From an uncultured bacterium (GTDB taxonomy: Bacteria > UBA8481): 61,425 nucleotides of DNA. The translations under genes and the position numbers were made by a program. A model generated the notes under the pieces. That model saw only the letters and a list, made by a program, of their open reading frames with translations, had not been told where the DNA came from and did not search any database. Shown here in pieces: positions 46,572 to 55,416 of the stretch (positions are counted from its first letter, which is position 1; each line of letters opens with the position of its first letter). The DNA is taken from contig CAZCME010000005.1 in the NCBI GenBank assembly GCA_964499705.1, forward strand, positions 186,001 to 247,425, given 5' to 3'.

Positions 46572-46719
46572 CTCTAACTCCTTGATTCGCAATTTCGAGC
46601 TTAGACCGCCGGGACGAACGGCGGGTTCCGAACGACGAATCAATCTTAGTAATCATATCCGGTTTACAACGGTGGAAAAGAGGAATCCTCCGCCCTCGCG
46701 GGCGCGCAACACGGCTGCT

Positions 46720-48612
46720 TCAGGCCTGGAAAATGATCAAAGCCCCCGTCCTGGACGACCGCCTGCTCCCGGATTCCAATTCCTTCTTCAGGCGGATCTT
46801 CAGATCGTCGAACCATACTTCCACCTGCGGGCATTCGGCGCGCGCCAGCGTGAAGTGACGATTGGCGCTCCGGAATTTCCCGAGAAACGCGCATGAAAAG
46901 CCCATGAGCCAGACGACGGCGCCGGCCGGATCGACGACAAGATCGCCTTCTCCCTTGCCCGCCATGAATTCCTCGTACGAGATGCAGTGATCCGCGACAC
47001 CCTGGATCAGCTTGTGAGCTTCGTCGAAGCGGGCCATGTGCATCAGGGTCTCCGCGAGATACATCTGAGCCTGCATGTGGCGCGGCAGGAGCGACAGGAC
47101 GCGGCGAAGGATATTTTCGGAGAGCGAAAACTTCTTCTGATTGAAACAGGAGAGGTGCAGGCCCAGCATGATCTCCTCGTCTTCCGAACCGGAGGACAAC
47201 GCCTTCTTGAACCACTTTTCCGCGCGACTCCAGTCCTCGTGCTCCAGGTAGTTCTTCCCGATCTCCTTCTTGTAGAACGCGTCGTGATCGAGCTGCGCGG
47301 CCTTCAGGAGATAGGTCATCCCCTGGTCGAACTGGCCTTCCAGGATGAGGAGGTTTCCCATCTCGAAGACAGCCTCCGGCATGAAGGGATTCGACTGCAG
47401 GACGGACGTGATGATCACGCGCGCCGGCGCGAACTGATCTCCGGCAATGAGGCGGCGGGCTTCGTAGATCCGGACAAAGGGATTGGTGGGATAAGCCTTC
47501 AGGGCTTCCTGGAAAAATGCGATCGCGGCCTTGTCGTACTCGCCGCCGCCTCCCAGCATCAGCTCTCCGTACAGGTACCCGATGATCTCGCAGTTTTCCT
47601 CGTCTTCCTCGCGGGGCAGGCCAAGCGCTTTCAACTGGAGAAAAAGCCGGAGCGCTTCGGGAAGCTCGCCGTCCTCCCAGGCCAGTTCCGCCAGGCGCGA
47701 CATCGCCTCCTTGTCGCGCGGATTGACCCGCAGCGCCGTTTCCCAGTGATCGACGGCCTCCTCCACGCGATTGGAATCCATCGAGATGTCGCCGAGAATG
47801 ATCCGGAGATTCGTCCGGAAGGGATCGCTGTCAAGAGCCTGGTCGAAGTGCCGGACGGCCGTTGCGGTATCGCCCTTGGCAAGAAGGGCGTGGCCGAGCA
47901 TTTCATGCGACTCCGCGTCGTCGGGATGAATCGAAAGAATCTCCCGCCACTTCGCCAGCCCCATCTCCGGATTTCCGGCGTGCGACGCGGAGTGAGCGAT
48001 GAGCCGCTTCAATGAAAGATCGTACGGCATGATCCATTCCGCGCGCCGGGCCCAGGGCAACGCCTTGGCGTGCGCTCCGCTCTGCGCCAGGTATTCCGCC
48101 AGCACCTTCGACGCGGCGGCGACGACCGGCGTGGCGCGCGCCGTGGAAAGCTGTTTCAACACCGGAACCATTTCCCTGGACATCTTCTTCCGCGTGACCG
48201 CCTGCAGCACCTGCCCCATGGCGGCCGCATCCGCATCGCTGCTGGCGGACCAGAGATCGGCGGCCCGACCGTATTGTCCCAGGGAGAAACATGCCCAAGC
48301 CAGGCGAAGCCGCGACGCCATGTCGTCCCGGTCTTTCAGGATCAGGACGGCTTCCGCCGGCACACCTCTAATGATGGCGAGATCGGCGAGATAAAGCGGC
48401 GCTTCATCGCCCAGAGCCCGCGCGGCGGACTCGGCCAGTTCAAACTCACGCTCCTCGAGAGCCTTGGCATAGACGGCCTTCCAGGCGACAGGATCGCCCG
48501 GAGTACGAAGCGCCTGCTTGTGCAGCAGGGACGCGGTGGGTGAAGTCGATGCGGCGGGGCGCGCGATGCGCGATACCAGGCGCGGCCGGACGGAGAACTT
48601 CAGAAGGCTCAT
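46720..48612 (-). CDS. Tetratricopeptide repeat protein
   Basis: Multiple TPR-like units (e.g. HEMLGHALLAKGDTATAVRHFDQALDSDP); ATGA overlap with the Trm112 gene. Confidence 0.85.
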   Translation of the reverse strand: MSLLKFSVRPRLVSRIARPAASTSPTASLLHKQALRTPGDPVAWKAVYAKALEEREFELAESAARALGDEAPLYLADLAIIRGVPAEAVLILKDRDDMASRLRLAWACFSLGQYGRAADLWSASSDADAAAMGQVLQAVTRKKMSREMVPVLKQLSTARATPVVAAASKVLAEYLAQSGAHAKALPWARRAEWIMPYDLSLKRLIAHSASHAGNPEMGLAKWREILSIHPDDAESHEMLGHALLAKGDTATAVRHFDQALDSDPFRTNLRIILGDISMDSNRVEEAVDHWETALRVNPRDKEAMSRLAELAWEDGELPEALRLFLQLKALGLPREEDEENCEIIGYLYGELMLGGGGEYDKAAIAFFQEALKAYPTNPFVRIYEARRLIAGDQFAPARVIITSVLQSNPFMPEAVFEMGNLLILEGQFDQGMTYLLKAAQLDHDAFYKKEIGKNYLEHEDWSRAEKWFKKALSSGSEDEEIMLGLHLSCFNQKKFSLSENILRRVLSLLPRHMQAQMYLAETLMHMARFDEAHKLIQGVADHCISYEEFMAGKGEGDLVVDPAGAVVWLMGFSCAFLGKFRSANRHFTLARAECPQVEVWFDDLKIRLKKELESGSRRSSRTGALIIFQA

Positions 48613-48806
48613 CGACTGCCGGACGCTCCTGCGGCTGGCAGTTCAGCCTCTTCGACGAGCATGACGGGAATTCCATCGCGGATCGGATATCGCCGTCCGC
48701 ATTCGGTGCACACAAGGCAGCTGCCCGCCTCATCCAGTTTAACAGGCGGCCGAGAATCACATGCGGGACAGGCCAGTATCTCCAACAGTTCAGGGTCGAT
48801 CATCAT
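48609..48806 (-). CDS. Trm112/YcaR family protein
   Basis: LLEILACPAC...LVCTECGRRYPIRDGIPVMLVEEA. Confidence 0.93.
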   Translation of the reverse strand: MMIDPELLEILACPACDSRPPVKLDEAGSCLVCTECGRRYPIRDGIPVMLVEEAELPAAGASGSR

Positions 48807-48820
48807 TACCTCCGGGAGGG

Positions 48821-48848
48821 ATTATAGCACAGCGACGCCGTCTCGCAA
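48821..48848 (-). promoter_or_regulatory. Sigma70 promoter for trm112-TPR
   Basis: Minus strand TTGCGA-N16-TATAAT with extended -10 TG. Confidence 0.7.
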
Positions 48849-48893
48849 TCGGGCTGCCCGATCCTCCGGAAACGACGGAACGGCAATCGAATT

Positions 48894-49910
48894 CTAAACC
48901 GCCTCCCTCAGGCGGGCCGCAGCATATTCGGGCAGCACCGGGTTGATATAGAAGCCCGTTCCCCACTCGAAACCCGCGAGGTTCGTCAGGCGAGGCATGA
49001 TCTCGAAATGCCAGTGGTAATGAACCATGCCACGTTCGAGCGTGGGCGCCGTATGGAGGACGAACGTGTAGGGAGGTTCCTGAAGAAGTCTGCTCAGGGA
49101 ACCCAGGGACGCGCGAAACGCCGCGGCAAGAGAGCTTACGCTTTCGGCGGTTATTTCCTCGAAATGAGAGGCATGTTCCAGGGGAAGGATCACCATTTCG
49201 TACGGCACGCGAGAAGCAAAGGGAGTCACGACCACGAATTCATCGTTTGTGAAGACGGTTCTCTCGCCGGATGTGTCGCTTTCGAGGATGTCGCAGAAAA
49301 CACAGCGTTCCTTCAACTGGAAATAAGAATAGGCCTGGGCGACTTCCTCCGAAATGCGACGGGGAATGATAGGCGTGGCGATCAACTGGGAGTGCGAATG
49401 CATGATCGCCGCTCCGGCCGCCAATCCCTTATTCGCGAAAAGCGTGATGTAGCGGATCAGCCTTCCTTCCTTCAGCACGCGGTAGCGGTCGCGCCAGAGG
49501 AGTATCAGCTCCGTAAGATCGTCATGCGGCATCGTGGCGATGGTCATCCCGTGATCGGGCGCATCGACGATCACTTCGTGAACGCCGTAGCCCGACATCA
49601 TGTCGAACATGCCTTCACCGCGCCGCATGAGCTCCTCGTCGTCAGAGACGACCGGAGCCGCCGAGCGGAAGACACGCTTTCTCCAGGGGGATTCTTTATC
49701 CGGCCGAACAGACAGGATTTCCGGAGGCGTCAGAGCCTCGCTTCCGGGGCAGAAGGGACACGCCGCCGCGTCCTCCCGCAAAGCCGCGTGAGGGAAATCC
49801 AGCGGTCTCTTGATGCGCTCGGTGGAAACGATCGTCCATCGCCCAATGACAGGATCGCGTCGAAGCTCGGGCGGCTCCGTCAGCGAGACCGGCGCGTGAG
49901 GACCCGTCAG
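48894..49910 (-). CDS. galT: Galactose-1-phosphate uridylyltransferase family (GalT/HIT-like); non-canonical start
   Basis: ELRRDPVIGRWTIVSTER.KRP lies in frame upstream of the ORF-track start. Also CPFCPG, GVHEVIV, HSHSQ, HWHFEIMPR and GFEWGTG. Start is CTG 49910 or CTG 49883. Confidence 0.88.
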   Translation of the reverse strand: MTGPHAPVSLTEPPELRRDPVIGRWTIVSTERIKRPLDFPHAALREDAAACPFCPGSEALTPPEILSVRPDKESPWRKRVFRSAAPVVSDDEELMRRGEGMFDMMSGYGVHEVIVDAPDHGMTIATMPHDDLTELILLWRDRYRVLKEGRLIRYITLFANKGLAAGAAIMHSHSQLIATPIIPRRISEEVAQAYSYFQLKERCVFCDILESDTSGERTVFTNDEFVVVTPFASRVPYEMVILPLEHASHFEEITAESVSSLAAAFRASLGSLSRLLQEPPYTFVLHTAPTLERGMVHYHWHFEIMPRLTNLAGFEWGTGFYINPVLPEYAAARLREAV

Positions 49911-51046
49911 ATCCAGATCTCGTTCCGGAGATACTGATCGATATAGATCTGTTCGCCCGCTTCGAGAAACTTGATGACCTGGGAGGCTTTTGGAGCAAGA
50001 ACATCGCCTGGATACCGCTCCACGAAACGGCGCAGGTATTTCAGTCCAGCCTCGTTATTTTTCTTCAGAAGGTGCGCCAGGCCGATGTGGAAATCAGCCT
50101 CGACATTCTGACCTTCATATTTCTGCAGCTGATCGAATGCCAACTGGCCTTCCTCGCCGTCGAGATCGAGCTTCAGGGCGCGGAGATATTCCGACATGGC
50201 GAATTCAGGCCAGCCGCGTTCGCGATACAGGTCGCCCATGCGGCGGCGCGGCCTGGCCCAGAGCCTGCTGTAACCGATCGCGGTCACATATTCCGTCATC
50301 GCGCGATCGAAGCATTGCTCCACGATGTACAGATCGTGAATCTTCTTCACGGTCGTCAGGAGATCGGGAAGCGCGGCGTAATACAGGCCGCTGTAATATT
50401 CTTCCGTGTGGGTCTGCAGAACGAGCGGCTTGCCTACCGTCGAGTTCAAACGGATCTCGATATTGGCCGCGCGGTTTCTGAGCCTGTCGAAGAGAAACTG
50501 GAACTGGCCGGGCTGATCCAGTTGATCGTCCTTCGTCATGTTCAGGACGAAATCGTCGATCTCGCGAATGTCTTTTTCGAGATCCTGCAGGCCATGGACA
50601 AGCGTTCTGTTCAACCGGCTGTTCGGATCGTAGGGATCTTCCGGGTTGTTCCGGCTCCACTCGAAATATGTTTCAACCAGCCTGTAGATCTTGTTCACCC
50701 TGACGTTCAATTCTTCGACGTCCTTGAAGGAGGCGGACGTGTCGGTTTTCAACTGCGCCGCGCGCGCCCAGTACGCATCCCCTCGTTCCATCGCCTTGGT
50801 GGAGACATAACGCGTGAACGGGACGTAAACTCCCCACATCGCGATGCAGACAAAAGCGAATATGGCCAGAAAGGCTCCGAGGATCCACTTGGGGCTCAGC
50901 CGGTCGGCGTCCCGGTCAACAGGCACAGGTCCTGATGAGGGTGCGGAAGAATCTGATTTGTCGGTCTTAGCCAAGAGCCTGCCTTTTCTTTCGAAACGTT
51001 TCCACGACGAGAAGCGTGGTGCCGGCTCAGTATATTGAAGTTTCAT
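49907..51046 (-). CDS. Membrane-anchored helical/TPR protein
   Basis: Single TM (WILGAFLAIFAFVCIAMWGVYV) and C-terminal TPRs. ATG 51046 is preferred because it avoids a head-to-head overlap. Confidence 0.7.
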   Translation of the reverse strand: MKLQYTEPAPRFSSWKRFERKGRLLAKTDKSDSSAPSSGPVPVDRDADRLSPKWILGAFLAIFAFVCIAMWGVYVPFTRYVSTKAMERGDAYWARAAQLKTDTSASFKDVEELNVRVNKIYRLVETYFEWSRNNPEDPYDPNSRLNRTLVHGLQDLEKDIREIDDFVLNMTKDDQLDQPGQFQFLFDRLRNRAANIEIRLNSTVGKPLVLQTHTEEYYSGLYYAALPDLLTTVKKIHDLYIVEQCFDRAMTEYVTAIGYSRLWARPRRRMGDLYRERGWPEFAMSEYLRALKLDLDGEEGQLAFDQLQKYEGQNVEADFHIGLAHLLKKNNEAGLKYLRRFVERYPGDVLAPKASQVIKFLEAGEQIYIDQYLRNEIWI

Positions 51047-51176
51047 CCCCGGAAGCAACAACGCTCTTTCCTTCCGTCGGTATCCTTCCGCCAGCGGTCG
51101 GCCCGAGATCTTCGTGTCCTGCGCTCCCCTGTGAAAAGCGCTCCCGCCTTGATTCAAGTCTGCTATATTCGCGGAT

Positions 51177-52163
51177 GTGAAGATCCTCTTCTTCATTCTC
51201 GTAATCCTTCTTTTACTCCAGCCCGCCCGGTCATTTGCCGAGCCGCTTCCTCCCTTATCACCGCGCGGTTCGGCAGGCCGGCGCATGCCTCCACCCGACC
51301 GCTCAGCGGAACGAGGCTTCCTCTCTTCCGTCACGGGCGTGCAGAGATGGAAGCAGATCGCCACGATTTCCGAACCGGGAAATTTCGCGCCGGGCGTGGT
51401 CGCGCGACGCGAGGGTGGATTCCGGATCTATTGGAATGCGGCGGGATTGGGAGGAATCGCAAGCGCGATTTCCAGCGACGGTCTGACGTGGAAACCGGAG
51501 CGCGGATTGCGACTCGCCAATGGCGGCGCCGGCACCGCCGACGCGATCGCCTCCCATCCCTGGGTGATCGCGCTCGATTCCGGATACCTCATGTACTACC
51601 AGGGCGATGCCGCCGCGCGCACGGACGGTGACCGGAGCGGCAAGGAGCCCGAGTTCAGGATCTTCAGAGCTTTTTCGCGGGATGGGCTCACGTTCCGCCG
51701 CGAGGGAGTCGTGATCGACATCGGATCCTCCACCGGGTTCCGCCAGGCGGCGCACGGCCGCATCATCCGTCTCGATGACGGAAGCTACCGCATGTTTTTT
51801 TCGGCGAACTTCATCGGGAAGAACGGGCCCGCGGATATCCTCGGAGCGTCTTCACCGGACGGGCGGAACTGGACCATGGATACGGCGCCGATCCTGGAAC
51901 GCGGCCACGATCCGACGGTCCTCAATGTCGACGACCGGATCGTTCTCTTCACGACGTTTCTTCGAGACAACTTCATCGTCATGGACTCGGCCGACGGCCG
52001 GAACTTTACTCCCGTCGCCTGGCTGGATTTCTACGATCCGGTCGGACAAAGAATCGAGCATTTTGGCGACGCGGAAGCGATGAAATTGCCCGACGGCCGG
52101 GTTGTCCTGATCGGCAGCGGCAAGGGATCCCGCGGACTCGGCGTCTTCACCCGGGAGGATTAG
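51177..52163 (+). CDS. Exported beta-propeller protein with Asp-box repeats (glycoside hydrolase-like)
   Basis: Signal peptide; four Asp-box motifs SSDGLTW, SRDGLTF, SPDGRNW and SADGRNF. Confidence 0.75.
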   Translation: MKILFFILVILLLLQPARSFAEPLPPLSPRGSAGRRMPPPDRSAERGFLSSVTGVQRWKQIATISEPGNFAPGVVARREGGFRIYWNAAGLGGIASAISSDGLTWKPERGLRLANGGAGTADAIASHPWVIALDSGYLMYYQGDAAARTDGDRSGKEPEFRIFRAFSRDGLTFRREGVVIDIGSSTGFRQAAHGRIIRLDDGSYRMFFSANFIGKNGPADILGASSPDGRNWTMDTAPILERGHDPTVLNVDDRIVLFTTFLRDNFIVMDSADGRNFTPVAWLDFYDPVGQRIEHFGDAEAMKLPDGRVVLIGSGKGSRGLGVFTRED

Positions 52164-52334
52164 CCGCAGCGTCAAACCGGGTGAACGGCAATGGTCCTCA
52201 TGCAGCGCTCGTCGCGGAAAATCCGAAGACCAGCGGGTCATGTTCACGCCGTCCGCGGACGCACCTATCGGGTGCGGGATGTGGAAAAAACCGCCTCATC
52301 GCAGTATAGTTGATTCGTGGGGAGGTGATTACGC

Positions 52335-52550
52335 ATGGAGATCACCTTGCTGGTGACGGGAACCTTCATCGCCCTCGTTTCGGCCCTGGCCGATTTCATC
52401 GGATATGGGGACGGCCTGGCATTCGGCGTCTACCAGATCATCGGGACCCTTCTGGGCATCGGCATCGCTCTTGCCGGAGCATGGATGAAGTGGGGCGAGC
52501 AGATGCATTTTCCGATTCATCCGAGTCACCCGAGGCCGAAGGCGACCTGA
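52335..52550 (+). CDS. Small two-TM membrane protein
   Basis: GGAGGTG RBS; two hydrophobic helices flanking ADFIGYGDGLAFGVYQ; followed by a terminator. Confidence 0.75.
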   Translation: MEITLLVTGTFIALVSALADFIGYGDGLAFGVYQIIGTLLGIGIALAGAWMKWGEQMHFPIHPSHPRPKAT

Positions 52551-52573
52551 TACACAAAGAGCAGCAGCCCATT

Positions 52574-52604
52574 CGCCCCGCACTGCGGCGGGGCGTTTTC
52601 TTTT
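52574..52604 (+). terminator. Intrinsic terminator
   Basis: cgccccgc-actgcg-gcggggcg-ttttctttt. Confidence 0.85.
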
Positions 52605-52700
52605 ACGGTTGATGGCGATACGGATCTTCGAATTAGAGAAGAATTCCTTCGGCAGATAAGAAGTTAAATCCGGGCACCCGATATGGTAGGTTGATAGACG

Positions 52701-55412
52701 ATGTCCTCCTCTCTCGCTCTCTGCCTGGTGCTGATTCTGGTGTCCGCCACCCCGCTTTCCGCGTCCACACCGTCGGATCTCAATAACGCCGGACTGGACG
52801 CCCTGAAGCGCGCGGATTACCCGGCGGCGCTTTCATCTTTTGAAGCTCTGGCCGAACTCCTGGTCCGGTCCGGCGCCGAAGGGACGAAGGACTATTCGAC
52901 GGCTCTTCACAACCTCGGTGTGGCTCACAGTAATCTCGGGAACCTGGAGCAATCTCTCGATTTCCTGCAGAAGTGCCACGCGCTCCGCGTCCGCTTGCTC
53001 GGACGGCGACACATCGATGTCGCTGGAGTGCTCGCCAATCTCGGCCTGACTCAATTGCGTTTGGGAGATTACACATCCGAGAGCAACTCGCTGGAGGAAT
53101 CGCTGAGCCAGTTCCGTTGGTTCCGCGGAGAGACGCATGCGCAAGTCGCGAACGGATGGCGGGAACTCGGGGTACTTCGCCTGGAGATGGGTGACTTGCC
53201 ACGGGCACGGGAGTGCCTCGATCGCGCGCTGGCGGTCGGCACGGAGATCGGCGAGCCGGTCATCGAAACATGCCGGACAAGATTCAACCTGGGTGAATTG
53301 AGTCGCTTCGAGGGCGATGCGGGCGAGGCCGAACAGATATGGCTCGCGACGCTCGCCGTCGCGGAGGAGCACGGGCTCGACGAGATCAGGGCGTCTCTTT
53401 ACGATGGACTCGGCGCGATCTGCTCCGACGACGGAAGGCATGACGCCGCGAGGAAATACCTGGAGCAGGCTCTCGAATTGAGACGGCGGATGAGCTCGAA
53501 GACGTACGAGGCCAATACCATGATGCTCCTCGGCGAGCTTGCTCTCCGCTCCTCACACTTCGACGACGGGAGATCATGGTTCGCGCAAAGCGCCGCGGCT
53601 ATGCGGGACGAGCAGGGGGCGCGAAGTCCCCGCGTGGCCCGGATCGAATGTTCGCGCGGTGAGCTCGAACTCTCGGCCGGAGAAACGCCCGCGGCCACGG
53701 CGGCGTTTCGACGCGCGCTGGACGCCATGCAGGTCGGCGATGTCCCGTGGCGGTCGGATTCGCGGCAGCTCAGGCCGCACTTCAACAGCGCCTTCGCGGC
53801 CGGCGGTCTCAGCCGGTGCCTGGCCACGCCGAAAGATGCGGACGAGCTTCTCGCGATGTGCGAGCTGACGCTCGAACTGCATGCCCGTTACCGTCGATCG
53901 CTTTCGCGCGCGGGTCGTGAGCGCGGCGACGCGTTCCTCGATACCGCCGTTCCCTATATCCTCGCTCTCCTCGCGCGGCGCGCCTCGATGGGGGACGGGC
54001 TCGATGGAGATCGAGTCTGCCGCATCGCGGACATGGCCAATGCGCTCGCGTTCCTGGAGCGCATGTCCGAGGCGCGTGTCGACTTCGCGGGGGCGCTGCC
54101 GAGTGCTTGGCAGATGGAGGAGGAGGAGATCCGGGAACGCCTGGAAAGGCCGGCTTCAGGAACCGGAGCCGATGCCGCCGCGACACTGCTGGCGGCCGAG
54201 CTTGATCTCCAGCGCTTCGCGGATCGTCTGCACATCGTGTATCCGCGTCTCGCCGCGCTCCGCTATCCACGACCGGCTACGCTCGGATCGATCCAGAGCG
54301 TGTTGTCCGATGATGAGGTCGTGCTCTCCTACCTTGTCTCCCCGCAGACTTCCTGGATCCTGGCAATCCGAGCCGATACGTTTTCGCTCCAGAAATTACC
54401 GGAGGAAGCCGTGCTCGCCGACGCGGTTCAGGCATTGCGCCACGCATTGCGGGACGGCACGGATGCCGCGCCGTCGATGCGCCGCCTGCATGAGATGCTG
54501 ATCGAACCGGTGCGCCTTGCGCGCTCCGCGCGACGCATTGCCCTGGTGGCATCGGGAATCCTGGAAGGTGTTCCCTTCGAAGGGTTGATCGACTCGGCAG
54601 GCGTGGTGTTGGGAGATCGAGTCTCGATATCCTACCAGCCCTCGCTGGCGATCTTGCGGCTCCTGCGCCTGACTCCGAACCGGAGGAACACCTCCGGCGG
54701 CACGACAAAGGACGACGAGCTGCTCGCCATTGGTAACGCGGTCTACGATTCCGCCGTGCAGGGTGTGCTTTCACGCAAGGCGGATGCGACCGCCCGCGCC
54801 GCTCTTCGCTATTCGGATTCCCTGCGCGCACGGTGGACTTCTTTGCCGGGAACGGAATACGAGATTCGATCGATCGCCGCGATCTTCCGCGGCAGTGCGA
54901 AGAGCGTGCTCCTGGGCGCCGATGCGACGGAGAAACGCCTGAACGAGGCCGACTGGAGCCGGTTCCGATACCTCCATTTCGCCTGTCATGGCGCCCTCGA
55001 GGACGGGCCGGGGCGCGCGCCCGCCCTCGTGCTTGGACTCGTCGGAAACGTTCCGCCGGACGACGGCTTTCTCATGATCGACGAAATCGTCTCGCGGCCG
55101 AACACCGCGCGCGTCGCGGTTCTCTCGGCATGCCAGACCGGGCTCTCCGCGCCGCGGCTTCCGCGAAACGGAGTCGCATCCATGGCGCGCGCTTTTCTGC
55201 TCTCCGGTTCGGACGCCGTGGTCGTCAGTCTCTGGCCCGTGTCGGATAACGCGACCGCGAAATTCATGGTCTCGTTCTATCGGGCCTTGATCGAGAAGAA
55301 GGAGAGTCCGGGAGAAGCGCTCCGAACAGCCCGGCGCGAACTCAGATCGGATCCGCGATGGTCGCATCCTTCCTTCTGGGCGCCGTTTGTTCTTGTGGGA
55401 TTGGATCGGTAG
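52701..55412 (+). CDS. Exported TPR + CHAT (caspase-like) domain protein
   Basis: Signal peptide; TPRs (ALHNLGVAHSNLG); CHAT dyad LHFACHG and VLSACQTG; VVSLWPVSD; HPSFWAPFVLVG. Confidence 0.92.
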   Translation: MSSSLALCLVLILVSATPLSASTPSDLNNAGLDALKRADYPAALSSFEALAELLVRSGAEGTKDYSTALHNLGVAHSNLGNLEQSLDFLQKCHALRVRLLGRRHIDVAGVLANLGLTQLRLGDYTSESNSLEESLSQFRWFRGETHAQVANGWRELGVLRLEMGDLPRARECLDRALAVGTEIGEPVIETCRTRFNLGELSRFEGDAGEAEQIWLATLAVAEEHGLDEIRASLYDGLGAICSDDGRHDAARKYLEQALELRRRMSSKTYEANTMMLLGELALRSSHFDDGRSWFAQSAAAMRDEQGARSPRVARIECSRGELELSAGETPAATAAFRRALDAMQVGDVPWRSDSRQLRPHFNSAFAAGGLSRCLATPKDADELLAMCELTLELHARYRRSLSRAGRERGDAFLDTAVPYILALLARRASMGDGLDGDRVCRIADMANALAFLERMSEARVDFAGALPSAWQMEEEEIRERLERPASGTGADAAATLLAAELDLQRFADRLHIVYPRLAALRYPRPATLGSIQSVLSDDEVVLSYLVSPQTSWILAIRADTFSLQKLPEEAVLADAVQALRHALRDGTDAAPSMRRLHEMLIEPVRLARSARRIALVASGILEGVPFEGLIDSAGVVLGDRVSISYQPSLAILRLLRLTPNRRNTSGGTTKDDELLAIGNAVYDSAVQGVLSRKADATARAALRYSDSLRARWTSLPGTEYEIRSIAAIFRGSAKSVLLGADATEKRLNEADWSRFRYLHFACHGALEDGPGRAPALVLGLVGNVPPDDGFLMIDEIVSRPNTARVAVLSACQTGLSAPRLPRNGVASMARAFLLSGSDAVVVSLWPVSDNATAKFMVSFYRALIEKKESPGEALRTARRELRSDPRWSHPSFWAPFVLVGLDR

Positions 55413-55416
55413 AGGA

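Noticed and set aside
51047-51364. Long N-terminal extension of the 49907 gene
   Set aside because: It would overlap head-to-head with the signal-peptide-bearing 51177 gene and its promoter.
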